Under the pieces are notes generated by a model. It did no database searches. It was not told the origin of the DNA and was given only the letters and a program-made list of their open reading frames with translations. Position numbers and translations under genes: made by a program. DNA of 52,888 bases from a virus (taxonomy: Duplodnaviria; Caudoviricetes), in IMG/VR virus record IMGVR_UViG_3300046703_000201, positions 1 to 52,888 of that record; one strand, written 5' to 3'. Position 1 is the first letter of the stretch; each line of letters begins with the position of its first letter. Shown here piece after piece: positions 1 to 8,910 of the stretch.

Positions 1-96
1 GCGGCACAGGATTTTGTGTTTTTATGGACGATGACCGAGCCGGTAAAGTTTACCGTGGTGGGCGGGTCGGTGAGCGTAAGGCAGCAGGAGAAGTGA
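1..96 (+). CDS. 3' end of a tail/packaged-DNA stabilization protein (P22 gp10-like), partial
   Basis: Frame 1 reads AAQDFVFLWTMTEPVKFTVVGGSVSVRQQEK*; resembles gp10-like C-termini and precedes the GNAT/ejection module. Confidence 0.5.
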   Translation, partial: AAQDFVFLWTMTEPVKFTVVGGSVSVRQQEK

Positions 97-97
97 G

Positions 98-144
98 ACA
101 GGATTCAGGATTCAGGATTCAGGATTCAGGATTCGGGATTCGGG
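98..144. repeat. Tandem heptamer repeat (CAGGATT/CGGGATT)n
   Basis: About 6-7 tandem copies directly visible. Confidence 0.9.
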
Positions 145-145
145 C

Positions 146-170
146 GTAGGGGCGCGATTCATCGCGCCCT
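146..170. repeat. Single GTAG-type REP-like palindrome
   Basis: GTAG GGGCGCGAT TC ATCGCGCCC T. Confidence 0.7.
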
Positions 171-387
171 ATAACCATGTTTCTACGATTTGCGGTTCGT
201 CGTGTTCATTTCGGGAAAAACAAATCAAACCTACGGGAATAACCGAACGGACATCTTCCAAAAGATCACAAACAATTAAAGGTTCGGCATCCGGGATTGG
301 TCCAGATTTTCCGATAACAAAACGGCGAACTATCCATTTTTTTGGATAGTCGGTAGGATCGAAATAAACGGTGAAGGTTTCAAGCAT
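169..387 (-). CDS. Hypothetical protein
   Basis: 72-aa ORF coupled to the upstream ORF in an antisense operon. Confidence 0.65.
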   Translation of the reverse strand: MLETFTVYFDPTDYPKKWIVRRFVIGKSGPIPDAEPLIVCDLLEDVRSVIPVGLICFSRNEHDEPQIVETWL

Positions 388-875
388 TATTGAACATCAT
401 CTGTCACCAACAGATTTGCAAAACGTCCGATTGCCTTATTCGGCTTGGTGAAATCAGGCACCTCGGCAGTTCGTTTTTTATCAATGTCGGTTTTTATTTC
501 GGACATCCCGATCCACATGCCATATTTTGTTTCCAATGTATACATGACGGCATCAACGCGATCAGGATGATGCTCAAGTGATTTACTTTTGTCACGTTTT
601 GTATCTGCCTCTGGATTTGTATTAAGCATCCACGCTTCGGATACGAAAATCAGATATTCGGGGCGGAATTTTTTCGCAATCTGGGAAATCATTATGGATG
701 AAAGAGATTTTGCTCGTTCATCACGAAAATCAAGCATTACTGGTTGTATCTCAGCAGACCGGCATAAAAAAACAATAGGTTGAAGATTCTCGTCCGCTGT
801 AATTAGTTCGTGGCTTATCTTGACGATTGAATTTACAGTTTCTCTGAATTGTTCCGGTATGCAGTCTATTGTCAT
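387..875 (-). CDS. Hypothetical protein
   Basis: 162-aa ORF, RBS AAGGA, part of the antisense operon. Confidence 0.7.
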   Translation of the reverse strand: MTIDCIPEQFRETVNSIVKISHELITADENLQPIVFLCRSAEIQPVMLDFRDERAKSLSSIMISQIAKKFRPEYLIFVSEAWMLNTNPEADTKRDKSKSLEHHPDRVDAVMYTLETKYGMWIGMSEIKTDIDKKRTAEVPDFTKPNKAIGRFANLLVTDDVQ

Positions 876-886
876 TTTTTCATCCT

Positions 887-1162
887 TTAATGTTTATTGG
901 ACTTGGCAAACAGCGGATTAAAATGGATTTTGCGCAATAGTTTCTGGATTGATTCGTCATTAGCAACCATGCTTGTTTCGCCCTCGGTCAATTGCCGCAG
1001 AATCAGATCATCATTGAATGCCATCAAATTGCCGCAATACAGACAAATCGTGATGTCACCCGATTTTGGTTTATCTTCATCGTCAACGCAAGAAGTGCCG
1101 TCAAGAACTTTTTTGCAGCTAGAGCAATACGAAGCTTTGATGCGTTGTGGTTGACCGAGCAT
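887..1162 (-). CDS. Small zinc-ribbon protein
   Basis: CSSC...CLYC cysteine pairs. Confidence 0.65.
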   Translation of the reverse strand: MLGQPQRIKASYCSSCKKVLDGTSCVDDEDKPKSGDITICLYCGNLMAFNDDLILRQLTEGETSMVANDESIQKLLRKIHFNPLFAKSNKH

Positions 1163-1441
1163 TTATTTTTTCACCACTTGAGTAAAGTCTGACCACTGCT
1201 CTACGCGAAATGCGCGTATATCCCGAACGGCCTTGGGAAACCAATCCAAAGTGCGCAATGCCTGAATCGCTTCAAACAGAATCGCCATATCTTCATTCTG
1301 TGTCATATAAAGACTGCCTTGCACTCGAACATAGCTAAACTCAAACAGGATCGCGCCAATGTCAATATAGGCTTGCGACACACCTTTGGGATGGTGTTTT
1401 TCTGTTTCGGAAACAGTCAGGTCAAAGGCGATTGCGTACAT
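1163..1441 (-). CDS. vapD: VapD family (Cas2-like fold) ribonuclease
   Basis: MYAIAFDL start, QGSLY motif and VRDIRAFRVEQWSDFT C-terminus are characteristic of VapD. Confidence 0.88.
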   Translation of the reverse strand: MYAIAFDLTVSETEKHHPKGVSQAYIDIGAILFEFSYVRVQGSLYMTQNEDMAILFEAIQALRTLDWFPKAVRDIRAFRVEQWSDFTQVVKK

Positions 1442-1450
1442 TTTTTCCTT

Positions 1451-1732
1451 TCAGACCGGAAAATAGAGTTTGAGCGCAACCATCAACACGCCACCGACGA
1501 CGATACCGAGCATCCATGTGATGAGACGAATGTCGGCTTTTACATCCTTTATTTCATCACTTAGCTGTCGCTCTACCTTGTCCAAATCAGCCTTTGTGGC
1601 AAGTGTATTGTCAATGGAATGGTCAAGTATTTCTTGCTGAACTTTTAGCAATGCTTCGGCCTGCACGGTCGGCATACCTGCCGTTTCAAGTTCCTTGATG
1701 AATTTGTATGTATCAAACGTAATTGTGCTCAT
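1451..1732 (-). CDS. DUF1640/CCDC90-like coiled-coil membrane protein
   Basis: ITFDTYKFIKELETAGM..QAEA, LATKADL, C-terminal TM helix. Confidence 0.85.
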   Translation of the reverse strand: MSTITFDTYKFIKELETAGMPTVQAEALLKVQQEILDHSIDNTLATKADLDKVERQLSDEIKDVKADIRLITWMLGIVVGGVLMVALKLYFPV

Positions 1733-1760
1733 GGCTAAATCATAACACAGGAAAAAACCG

Positions 1761-2216
1761 ATGATCGAATTTTCCCGTTGTGCGTTTCAGTTGGTTGAGG
1801 AGAATTTTCATCTCATCAGGGAACACTGGGAAGAAGTGGTGCGCGATGAAAGACCGCTTGACCCATATTGGGAAATTTACCGCAGCACGGAACAGATCGG
1901 CAACCTGATTTGTTACTGCGCAAAAAAAGAAAATGAAGTGGTGGGCTACACCGTGTTCTTCCTGCAACCGGACATCCACAGTCGCAAGATCATCATCGCT
2001 TCAAACAATACCGTATTCCTGAAAAAAGAATGCCGCGAGGGTGGCGGCGGATTGCGTTTCATCAAATATTGCGACACAGAACTTGAAAAACTCGGCGTAA
2101 ACAGAATTGCCTGGCACATGACGCCCTATGTGGATTTTTCCGGTGCGCTAAAACACATGGGTTACCGGCAGTTTGCCACGATTTATATCAGAGATATTGG
2201 AGCAAAAAATGTGTGA
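1761..2216 (+). CDS. GNAT-fold acetyltransferase-like protein preceding ejection genes
   Basis: VFLKKECREGGGGLRFIKYCDTELEKLGV motif-A-like segment; usual position in podovirus ejection modules. Confidence 0.7.
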   Translation: MIEFSRCAFQLVEENFHLIREHWEEVVRDERPLDPYWEIYRSTEQIGNLICYCAKKENEVVGYTVFFLQPDIHSRKIIIASNNTVFLKKECREGGGGLRFIKYCDTELEKLGVNRIAWHMTPYVDFSGALKHMGYRQFATIYIRDIGAKNV

Positions 2217-3099
2217 TCCGATGACCATCATGGCAGGAGCAAGCGTTGTAAGCGGACTGATCGGTGCAGATGCAGCATCTTCGGCGGCAGCGACCCAGGC
2301 GGCAACCGGACAGCAAGCGATTACCGGACAACAACAGGCACTGGCCGAACAACGCAAACTAATGCAGCCTTACGTGGGCGCGGGCGAAACCGCGTTGCAG
2401 CAACTGGTGGCGGGTACTGCACCCGGTGGCGAGTTTGCCAAGCCTTATGAATTAGGCTCTGCGTTGCCGGAAATGGGCACCTTCAAGGCCGGAGAATCAG
2501 AGGCGCAAACATTTGCCCGCGACCAAGCGCTGAAAGCCATGCAGGAACAAATGCAGCGCGGCGGACAGGGGTTATCCAGCAATGCCATTGTGGGCGCCGG
2601 CCAAACCGCCGCCAAGATCGGCTCGGAATACGAACAACAGGCGTTCAATCAATGGTTGCAGCAGCAGCAGTTGGGCTATGGGCAAGCCTTGACCGGACGG
2701 CAAACCGCCTTGACCGAACAACAAGCCCAACGCCAGGCGCAACTTTCGCCGCTGGAATATCTCACCAATATCGGTCAAGCCGGGGCAGCAGGCACGGCAG
2801 GCGCGGTCGGCACCTCGGCGGGCAACATCGGCAACCTGCAAACCGGCATCGGCAACGTGCAAGCGGCAGGGCAGGTTGGGCAGGCTGGGGCATTGGCCGG
2901 CGGCATCGGCAATGTCGGGCAGATGATGTTTTTGCAGGACTTGCTGAAGCCGACGGCATCGGCAGTAACAACGAATCCGGCATCAAATCAAATCCCCACG
3001 CTGGCGACCGGACTGGGTGGAAGCACCCAAATGGGGACTGGTGGATATACCCAGATGCAATACCCCGGCACTACTTTTACGCTGGGACAGCAATACTGA
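2209..3099 (+). CDS. DNA ejection/internal virion protein (P22 gp7-like)
   Basis: Ala/Gly/Gln-rich, MCDPMTIMAGA start, QPYVGAG motif; ATG 2209 with GGAG RBS. Confidence 0.75.
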   Translation: MCDPMTIMAGASVVSGLIGADAASSAAATQAATGQQAITGQQQALAEQRKLMQPYVGAGETALQQLVAGTAPGGEFAKPYELGSALPEMGTFKAGESEAQTFARDQALKAMQEQMQRGGQGLSSNAIVGAGQTAAKIGSEYEQQAFNQWLQQQQLGYGQALTGRQTALTEQQAQRQAQLSPLEYLTNIGQAGAAGTAGAVGTSAGNIGNLQTGIGNVQAAGQVGQAGALAGGIGNVGQMMFLQDLLKPTASAVTTNPASNQIPTLATGLGGSTQMGTGGYTQMQYPGTTFTLGQQY

Positions 3100-3133
3100 A
3101 TCCAAAATCCTGAATCCCGAATCCTGAATCCCG
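3097..3133. repeat. Heptamer repeat (AATCCTG/AATCCCG)n
   Basis: Reverse complement of the 98-144 unit. Confidence 0.8.
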
Positions 3134-3143
3134 AGAGACCATC

Positions 3144-4697
3144 ATGGCACTAGACCCTAACATCCCGCTTTCCATGCCCAAGCAACCTTCTCCTATGGAG
3201 CAGATGGGTCAGGCATACGACCTGGCCGGGGCGATGGAAAAACAGAAGTCCATGCAGGAACAGCGGCAGGATTCGGCCAACCTGCAACAGTACCTTAAGG
3301 AAGGCGGAAATCTGGATACGCCGGAGGGTTTAACCAAAGCAGCGGAATGGGCGAAAGGAACATTGTCGCCCGGCGGTTATCAGACCATCATTAAGGCCGG
3401 TCAGGAAAAAGAGGTAAATCGTCTGAAACAGGTTGAAGCATTGGCGAAACTGGATGAAATTAAATTCGGCAATATGCTAAAAACAACCGAAATTCTTACA
3501 AATACCATAGGGCCTTTGCTCACAGAACACGACCAACGTGCTGGTGCAACAGGCGAGGCAGGCGTTGGCAAGCAACAAGCGGCAGAAGAATTCAAAACCA
3601 AATTGCAACCCGTATTGCAAAATCTGGTACAGAACAAAGTTATCACACCAGAACAAGCCGCGCAACATGCCAATGACACGCCCGAACAGGCGCGAAGAGT
3701 GCTGGAAAGCACAACTTCTGGTCAGAAAATGTTGCAGGATGCCGAAACATTACGCAAAACCCGCGCCGAAGCATCGCAAAAAGAACTCGGCGATGAAGCA
3801 ATCCGGCAAAACTTGGTCAAGCAATTCGGCGAAACCAGCCCGCAGGTTAAACGGTTCGATAATATGCAATCGGCGAAACTGGCGCATGAACAGCGGCTGG
3901 CGAAGGGAGTTGGACTTGGTGGTGTTGGTGGGTCAACAGGTTTACCTGCAAAAGGCTGGAAATTCGTTCAATCATCTGAAGGCATTTATCGCGCCAATCC
4001 AAATGCTGGTATTGTTCAAAAACAGGATGAAGAAACAGGGGAATGGTCGCAAGTTCTTGAAAGCGCAATGCCGGTTGAAGTAGTAGAAAAATTGGGCGGC
4101 GCAAAAGGCGTCAGTGCTATTACTGATCGTTTGAATCGTCGCACCATGACTGCGGCAGGCGAAGTATCGCGCGCTCTTAATATGGTAGCGATGATGCCGG
4201 TAGGTCAATCAGAAGGGATATTCAATTATGATAAACCGAGTGGAATTACAACAGCAATAAAACGTGAGATGACTTCGCAAGAAGCAATTGACTACAACGC
4301 CGCCACATCGGCAATGGCTTTGGAATTGACGACACTGCTGCGAGGCGGTATGCAGTTGAATGAAGCAGAAATAAAGGAAGTCAAGGAAGGTTTGACAGTA
4401 CAACCTGGCATGAATATCGGAAATGCACGATTCAGATTCGCCAATACCGTATCAAAAGTTTTAACTGCTTTGGAAAATTTTGAGCCGACATCATCGCAAC
4501 AAGCAGATCAAAAAGAAAAATACATCAAGGAATTGTCCAAATATCCAAGTCCTGAACAGGTTTATCAGGAAAACCGGACAGGTCAAGTTAAAAAACAAAC
4601 AATGGCTGAGAGTTTGGCTAAAACAAAAGCAAAAGCAAAAGCGGAACCCAAAGAAGATTTTGCTGCCATGCTTAAAAGTCTTGGAGTAAAGAAATGA
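3144..4697 (+). CDS. DNA ejection/internal virion protein
   Basis: MALDPNIPL start typical of this class; helical composition; synteny. Confidence 0.65.
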   Translation: MALDPNIPLSMPKQPSPMEQMGQAYDLAGAMEKQKSMQEQRQDSANLQQYLKEGGNLDTPEGLTKAAEWAKGTLSPGGYQTIIKAGQEKEVNRLKQVEALAKLDEIKFGNMLKTTEILTNTIGPLLTEHDQRAGATGEAGVGKQQAAEEFKTKLQPVLQNLVQNKVITPEQAAQHANDTPEQARRVLESTTSGQKMLQDAETLRKTRAEASQKELGDEAIRQNLVKQFGETSPQVKRFDNMQSAKLAHEQRLAKGVGLGGVGGSTGLPAKGWKFVQSSEGIYRANPNAGIVQKQDEETGEWSQVLESAMPVEVVEKLGGAKGVSAITDRLNRRTMTAAGEVSRALNMVAMMPVGQSEGIFNYDKPSGITTAIKREMTSQEAIDYNAATSAMALELTTLLRGGMQLNEAEIKEVKEGLTVQPGMNIGNARFRFANTVSKVLTALENFEPTSSQQADQKEKYIKELSKYPSPEQVYQENRTGQVKKQTMAESLAKTKAKAKAEPKEDFAAMLKSLGVKK

Positions 4698-6211
4698 CTG
4701 ATTACACTCTGGACGAATTGGAAGCGGGTGTTCGCGCCGCGATGGGGAAAGGCGATACCGAGACAGCAAAAAAACTGGGAGCCGAATATGTCCGGTTAGA
4801 AGCTGAAGGGAAGCATGACGCGACCGAATACGCGCCAGCCAAGGAATCCATCCTTGAAAAAGGGGTGAAGTTTCTCACGGGAGCCAGTCAGGCAAAGCGC
4901 GAAATAGGTGGAGCAGTAGCCGAGCCGATTTTACAACAGGCGACCGGCATGATTGCCAAGCCGATTTCGGAGATCGCGGGTCTTGCCGCCACGGGATATG
5001 AAATGGCGACCGGCGGCGAAGGTGCGCAAAACATACCCGGCTTCCAAAGAGAACTGCAAGAAAAACTGACTTATCAACCGAAAACAGAGGCTGGCAAGTC
5101 TGCATACAATCCACTGACAGCCATTCCAATGGCGCTCGGAAAAGCGATTGGATTAGTCACGCCGGAAAAAGCTGCGGAGAGCGAAGCTCTTACCCTCGGC
5201 GGGATGGCGCGAAATATTGCAAGCGAGGCAGTGCCTCAAGCAATTGGACTGGCAGGAATGAAGACCGCGCCCAAAGCCGCTATTCCCGCGCAAAAAGCCG
5301 CAGAGTCATTACGTGCTGGCGCCGAGCGTTTAATGAAAAGTTCTTTGAAACCAACGGCGAAAGATTTGCTGAATGGCAAAGCAGCCAAAGCCATAGATAC
5401 CATGCTGGAAAAAGGTATTCCTGCCACTCCGAAAGGAATAGAACAAGTTCGCGCTCAGATTGATGTTCTTAATGAGCAGATTAGAGACGTTATTGCCAAT
5501 TCTCCGGAGCGAGTAGAAACGCAAAAATTAGTGCGTCCAATTGTTGAAAAATTAAAATATTTCAGAGAGCAAGCTAATCCAAATGCGGACATAAGTGCAA
5601 TTAAAAGTTCGTGGAACGAATTCAAAAACCATCTTTTGTTGCAACATGAAACACCAGAAAAAATAATACCTGCAAAAGTTGATCCATATACAGGAGTAAC
5701 CACTCCTGAAAAAGTTATTCCCGCCAGCGGGAAAGAAGATATGTCTATCCAAGTTGCGCAAGCGTTGAAGCAGGGCACCTATAAGCAATTAGCCAAGAAA
5801 TACGGACAACTTGGAAGTGCGGATGTGGAAGCGCAAAAAGCGATTGCGCGTGGACTGAAAGAGCAAGTCGCAAAACAGGCACCAGAAGTTGTACCTCTCA
5901 ATTTGGAAGAATCAAAACTTCTTAATGTTCTGTCAGTAGCGGAACGGCGTATTGTGATGGAGGCAAACAAAAACCCGATGGGATTGGCTTTGCTTACAAA
6001 AGACCCGAAAGCATGGGCCGCATTCATGGCTGATAGATCGGCAACTGCCAAATCACTTCTGGCGCGCATCATGAATAGAGCTTCAAAAAGAATGTCTGGC
6101 GCAGCATCAAGTGGAACAGCACAAAAAGCAATGGAAACCGCATCTGCAATGGCACCATCTCAAACTGACAAAGAACGTCAACCCAAACCCCTCGCGGAAG
6201 CCTTTCAATGA
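4694..6211 (+). CDS. DNA ejection/internal virion protein
   Basis: 505-aa Ala/Lys-rich helical ORF with ATGA overlap; synteny. Confidence 0.6.
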   Translation: MTDYTLDELEAGVRAAMGKGDTETAKKLGAEYVRLEAEGKHDATEYAPAKESILEKGVKFLTGASQAKREIGGAVAEPILQQATGMIAKPISEIAGLAATGYEMATGGEGAQNIPGFQRELQEKLTYQPKTEAGKSAYNPLTAIPMALGKAIGLVTPEKAAESEALTLGGMARNIASEAVPQAIGLAGMKTAPKAAIPAQKAAESLRAGAERLMKSSLKPTAKDLLNGKAAKAIDTMLEKGIPATPKGIEQVRAQIDVLNEQIRDVIANSPERVETQKLVRPIVEKLKYFREQANPNADISAIKSSWNEFKNHLLLQHETPEKIIPAKVDPYTGVTTPEKVIPASGKEDMSIQVAQALKQGTYKQLAKKYGQLGSADVEAQKAIARGLKEQVAKQAPEVVPLNLEESKLLNVLSVAERRIVMEANKNPMGLALLTKDPKAWAAFMADRSATAKSLLARIMNRASKRMSGAASSGTAQKAMETASAMAPSQTDKERQPKPLAEAFQ

Positions 6212-6232
6212 AACTCTTATTAGGTTATTAGA

Positions 6233-6448
6233 CTATTCAAAAGCACCCATTTGGATGAATTCTCCTGTAGTGGAGTTAAATCGGAACTCGGTATAAAACA
6301 TACCGTAGCCGATAACTTTTGCGCTTCCATCAGAACAATTGATATAAGAATAATTGTTCAAAAAGTTTTTTTCATCTTCATATTTGCCTTCGGTGAATTC
6401 AACGCCGAAATCCGTCAGTAATTGTTTTAATCGTTCATAATCCGTCAT
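6233..6448 (-). CDS. Small hypothetical protein (antisense moron)
   Basis: AT-rich; GGAG RBS before MTDYERLKQ. Confidence 0.6.
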   Translation of the reverse strand: MTDYERLKQLLTDFGVEFTEGKYEDEKNFLNNYSYINCSDGSAKVIGYGMFYTEFRFNSTTGEFIQMGAFE

Positions 6449-6501
6449 GGTTGTTACTCCTAATTTATTTAACATTGCATTATAGCGGATAGCACAAATA
6501 T

Positions 6502-7830
6502 ATGAAACTCCTAATCCTCGACACCGAAAACTGCGCACTCTCCTGGGCGTGGCGCGCGGCGGAGGCTGGGCATCAGGTGCGCTGGTTTGTGAAGCCGGAG
6601 GCGTTGGATGTGAAGGAAGTGGGGCGCGGGTTCCGAGGAATAGAGCGGGTGGATAACTTTGTGCCTTCGCTCAAGTGGGCGGACTTGATTATCGTGTCCG
6701 GCAATGACAAGTACATCGAGCGGCTGACGGCGCTGAAGAAACAGGGCTATCCGGTATTCGGCCCCACGACCGAATCGGCCAAACTGGAAATCTCGCGCAA
6801 GGCGGGGATGGAGTTGCTGGAAAAAGTGGGGATCGAGGTGGTGCCTTACGAAACCTTCAAGTCGATGGAAGATGCTTACAAACAGGTTGAGCAATCCGGC
6901 GAGCGGTTTGTGTTCAAGACGATGGGGGACAATGAGGATAAGTCGCTCACTTACGTTTCCAAATCCGCCGCCGACATGCTGACCTGGATGGACGGCAAGA
7001 TCAAACAGAAGCAGCAGCCCAAGGGTGAGGTGATGTTGCAGGAGTTTGTGAAGGGTATCGAGATGGGCGTGTCGCGCTTCATGGGCAGCAAGGGGTTTAT
7101 TGGCCCGTGGAACGAGTCGTTCGAGTACAAGAAGATGATGCCGGGAAACTACGGTCCGAATACTGGCGAGATGGGCACGATTGCCTATTTCACGCCGGAT
7201 AGCAAGTTGGGTGATGATACGCTGGGCAAGTTGGAAGAGGAACTGGTGGGCATGGGACATACCGGCGACATCGCGTTGGGCTTTATGATCCCCGAAGACG
7301 GCATTCCGCGCCCGACCGAGTTTACCGCGCGCTGGGGCTGGCCGATAGGCAACATGATGCTGGCCGCTATCGAGGGCGACCCGGTGGTGTGGATGAAGGA
7401 TGCGCTGGACGGCAAGGATACGACTTCATTCAAGCAGGACATCGGTTGCTGCCTGGTGCTGGCGCATGGCGATTTTCCGCGTGCGGAATTGCCGCTGGAA
7501 CAGGTGCAGGATTTGCCGATTTACGGCATTACCCGTGGCAACAAGAAATACCTGCATCCGCAGAGCGTGAAGATTGATGTGATGCCGGACATGGATGGCG
7601 ACAAGGTGACGCGCAGGCCGGTGTGGAATACGACTGAGCGTTATGCGCTGGTGGTGACAGGGTTTGGCAAGGATGTAAAGCAGGCATCGGAGCGCGCCTA
7701 CAAGACGATGGGGCAATTGAACCTGGCGAACTCGATTGTGCGCGATGATGTGGGCGAGGACTTGAAGGAGAAATTGCCGCAATTGCACAAGATGGGGTAT
7801 GCTTTGCATTGTTCTTATTCGGGTGAATAG
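6502..7830 (+). CDS. PurD (GAR synthetase)-like ATP-grasp ligase
   Basis: VFGPTTESAKLEISRKAG, LQEFVKGIE, EYKKMMPGNYGPNTGEMG and EFTARWGWP parallel PurD motifs. Confidence 0.85.
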   Translation: MKLLILDTENCALSWAWRAAEAGHQVRWFVKPEALDVKEVGRGFRGIERVDNFVPSLKWADLIIVSGNDKYIERLTALKKQGYPVFGPTTESAKLEISRKAGMELLEKVGIEVVPYETFKSMEDAYKQVEQSGERFVFKTMGDNEDKSLTYVSKSAADMLTWMDGKIKQKQQPKGEVMLQEFVKGIEMGVSRFMGSKGFIGPWNESFEYKKMMPGNYGPNTGEMGTIAYFTPDSKLGDDTLGKLEEELVGMGHTGDIALGFMIPEDGIPRPTEFTARWGWPIGNMMLAAIEGDPVVWMKDALDGKDTTSFKQDIGCCLVLAHGDFPRAELPLEQVQDLPIYGITRGNKKYLHPQSVKIDVMPDMDGDKVTRRPVWNTTERYALVVTGFGKDVKQASERAYKTMGQLNLANSIVRDDVGEDLKEKLPQLHKMGYALHCSYSGE

Positions 7831-7832
7831 CA

Positions 7833-8102
7833 ATGTCTGATGACCTTCAGCGTGATGAAAACGAAGCACTCAAATATCAACTTGCAAAGCTCAGATTATG
7901 TGTCGCCAGAATCGCTCAAGCAGCTAAATTTCATAACCCGTATTTAGATGAGTTTTTGATGGTTGAAGATAAATTGCATCAAGCCTGTCATGATTACACA
8001 GATGGCTCCAATTCTAGATGGATTTCTTGTTGTTTACAAATCCGGCTTTTCGTAGAGGCTTTGGAACGCGAAGAAAAAAATAATGCAAAACGGGATAATT
8101 GA
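7833..8102 (+). CDS. Hypothetical protein
   Basis: 89-aa ORF directly following the ligase. Confidence 0.5.
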   Translation: MSDDLQRDENEALKYQLAKLRLCVARIAQAAKFHNPYLDEFLMVEDKLHQACHDYTDGSNSRWISCCLQIRLFVEALEREEKNNAKRDN

Positions 8103-8394
8103 ACCCGGAACTGAACGGGGAATGAATTTCGGATTTAATAATGACCTTTTTCGCGGGTATTTATGGAAAGAAGATAATCGAATTCTGCTTTCCTTGGTAA
8201 TCAGTCTTGACGAAGGAAAAGGCAATCTGTCACGCTTGTTTGACGCCATTGAACATCTCGGATATGAAATTGCCGTGCCTACGCCAATGGGCAAGATGAA
8301 GGAAATTTTGCTGCATAAAAAGTTTGTGTCGTTTATTGAACATGACAATCGAATGGGTGCAGTTGAAGTTTGGATGCGTCAAAAAAGCCAATGA
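8083..8394 (+). CDS. Hypothetical protein (possible degenerate GNAT fold)
   Basis: ISLDEGKGNLSRLFDAIE resembles GNAT motif A. Confidence 0.55.
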   Translation: MQNGIIEPGTERGMNFGFNNDLFRGYLWKEDNRILLSLVISLDEGKGNLSRLFDAIEHLGYEIAVPTPMGKMKEILLHKKFVSFIEHDNRMGAVEVWMRQKSQ

Positions 8395-8813
8395 ACATCG
8401 AAATCCAAACCATCCCGCCTGAAAAACAGCGTTACATCACGCTGGGCGACTGGTTTCATGTGGAACAGGAAAAACCGGAAGAGCGTGCGATGATTCGAGT
8501 TACCGAACTGGGCGATGACCGCTACAATTTTCTGATTGCTTTCCACGAACTGATCGAGATGGTGTTGTGCGAACAGCGCGGCATTTCTGCTGATGATGTG
8601 GATAACTTTGATTTGTCATTTGAAGGCAAAGGCGAACCCGGCGATCATCCTGCCGCGCCTTATTTCCGCGAACACCAGTTTGCCATGATGATGGAAAAAA
8701 TCATGGCAAATGAAATGGGTGTGGACTGGACTGTATACAACACTCGTTGCGAATTGCAAAATCAATTGAACATGGATATTCAGGATAATAAGGATAAAAC
8801 CCCCGTATCCTGA
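8391..8813 (+). CDS. Putative metal-binding zincin-like protein
   Basis: IAFHELIE (HExxE) motif plus EPGD..APYFREH. Confidence 0.6.
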   Translation: MNIEIQTIPPEKQRYITLGDWFHVEQEKPEERAMIRVTELGDDRYNFLIAFHELIEMVLCEQRGISADDVDNFDLSFEGKGEPGDHPAAPYFREHQFAMMMEKIMANEMGVDWTVYNTRCELQNQLNMDIQDNKDKTPVS

Positions 8814-8833
8814 CCATCCTGTTTATCCATGTA
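8770..8833. repeat. Palindromic element ACATGGAT..CAGGAT../..ATCCTG..ATCCATGT, copy 1
   Basis: Closely similar copy at 23893-23958. Confidence 0.75.
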
Positions 8834-8841
8834 AGTCATTC

Positions 8842-8870
8842 AAGGCCGCTTTCGCGGCCTTTTTCTTTTT
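8842..8870 (+). terminator. Intrinsic terminator
   Basis: AAGGCCGC TTTC GCGGCCTT followed by a T run. Confidence 0.8.
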
Positions 8871-8910
8871 CTGCATCCCGAATCCTGAATCCTGATTCCT
8901 GGAGAACTCC

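Noticed and set aside
98-1441. CRISPR-Cas locus (Cas2-like gene near repeats)
   Set aside because: Repeats are tandem 7-mers without unique spacers, the protein matches VapD, and no other cas gene is present
6502-7830. Genuine purD metabolic gene
   Set aside because: Divergent N-terminal substrate motif and no pur context; kept only as PurD-like
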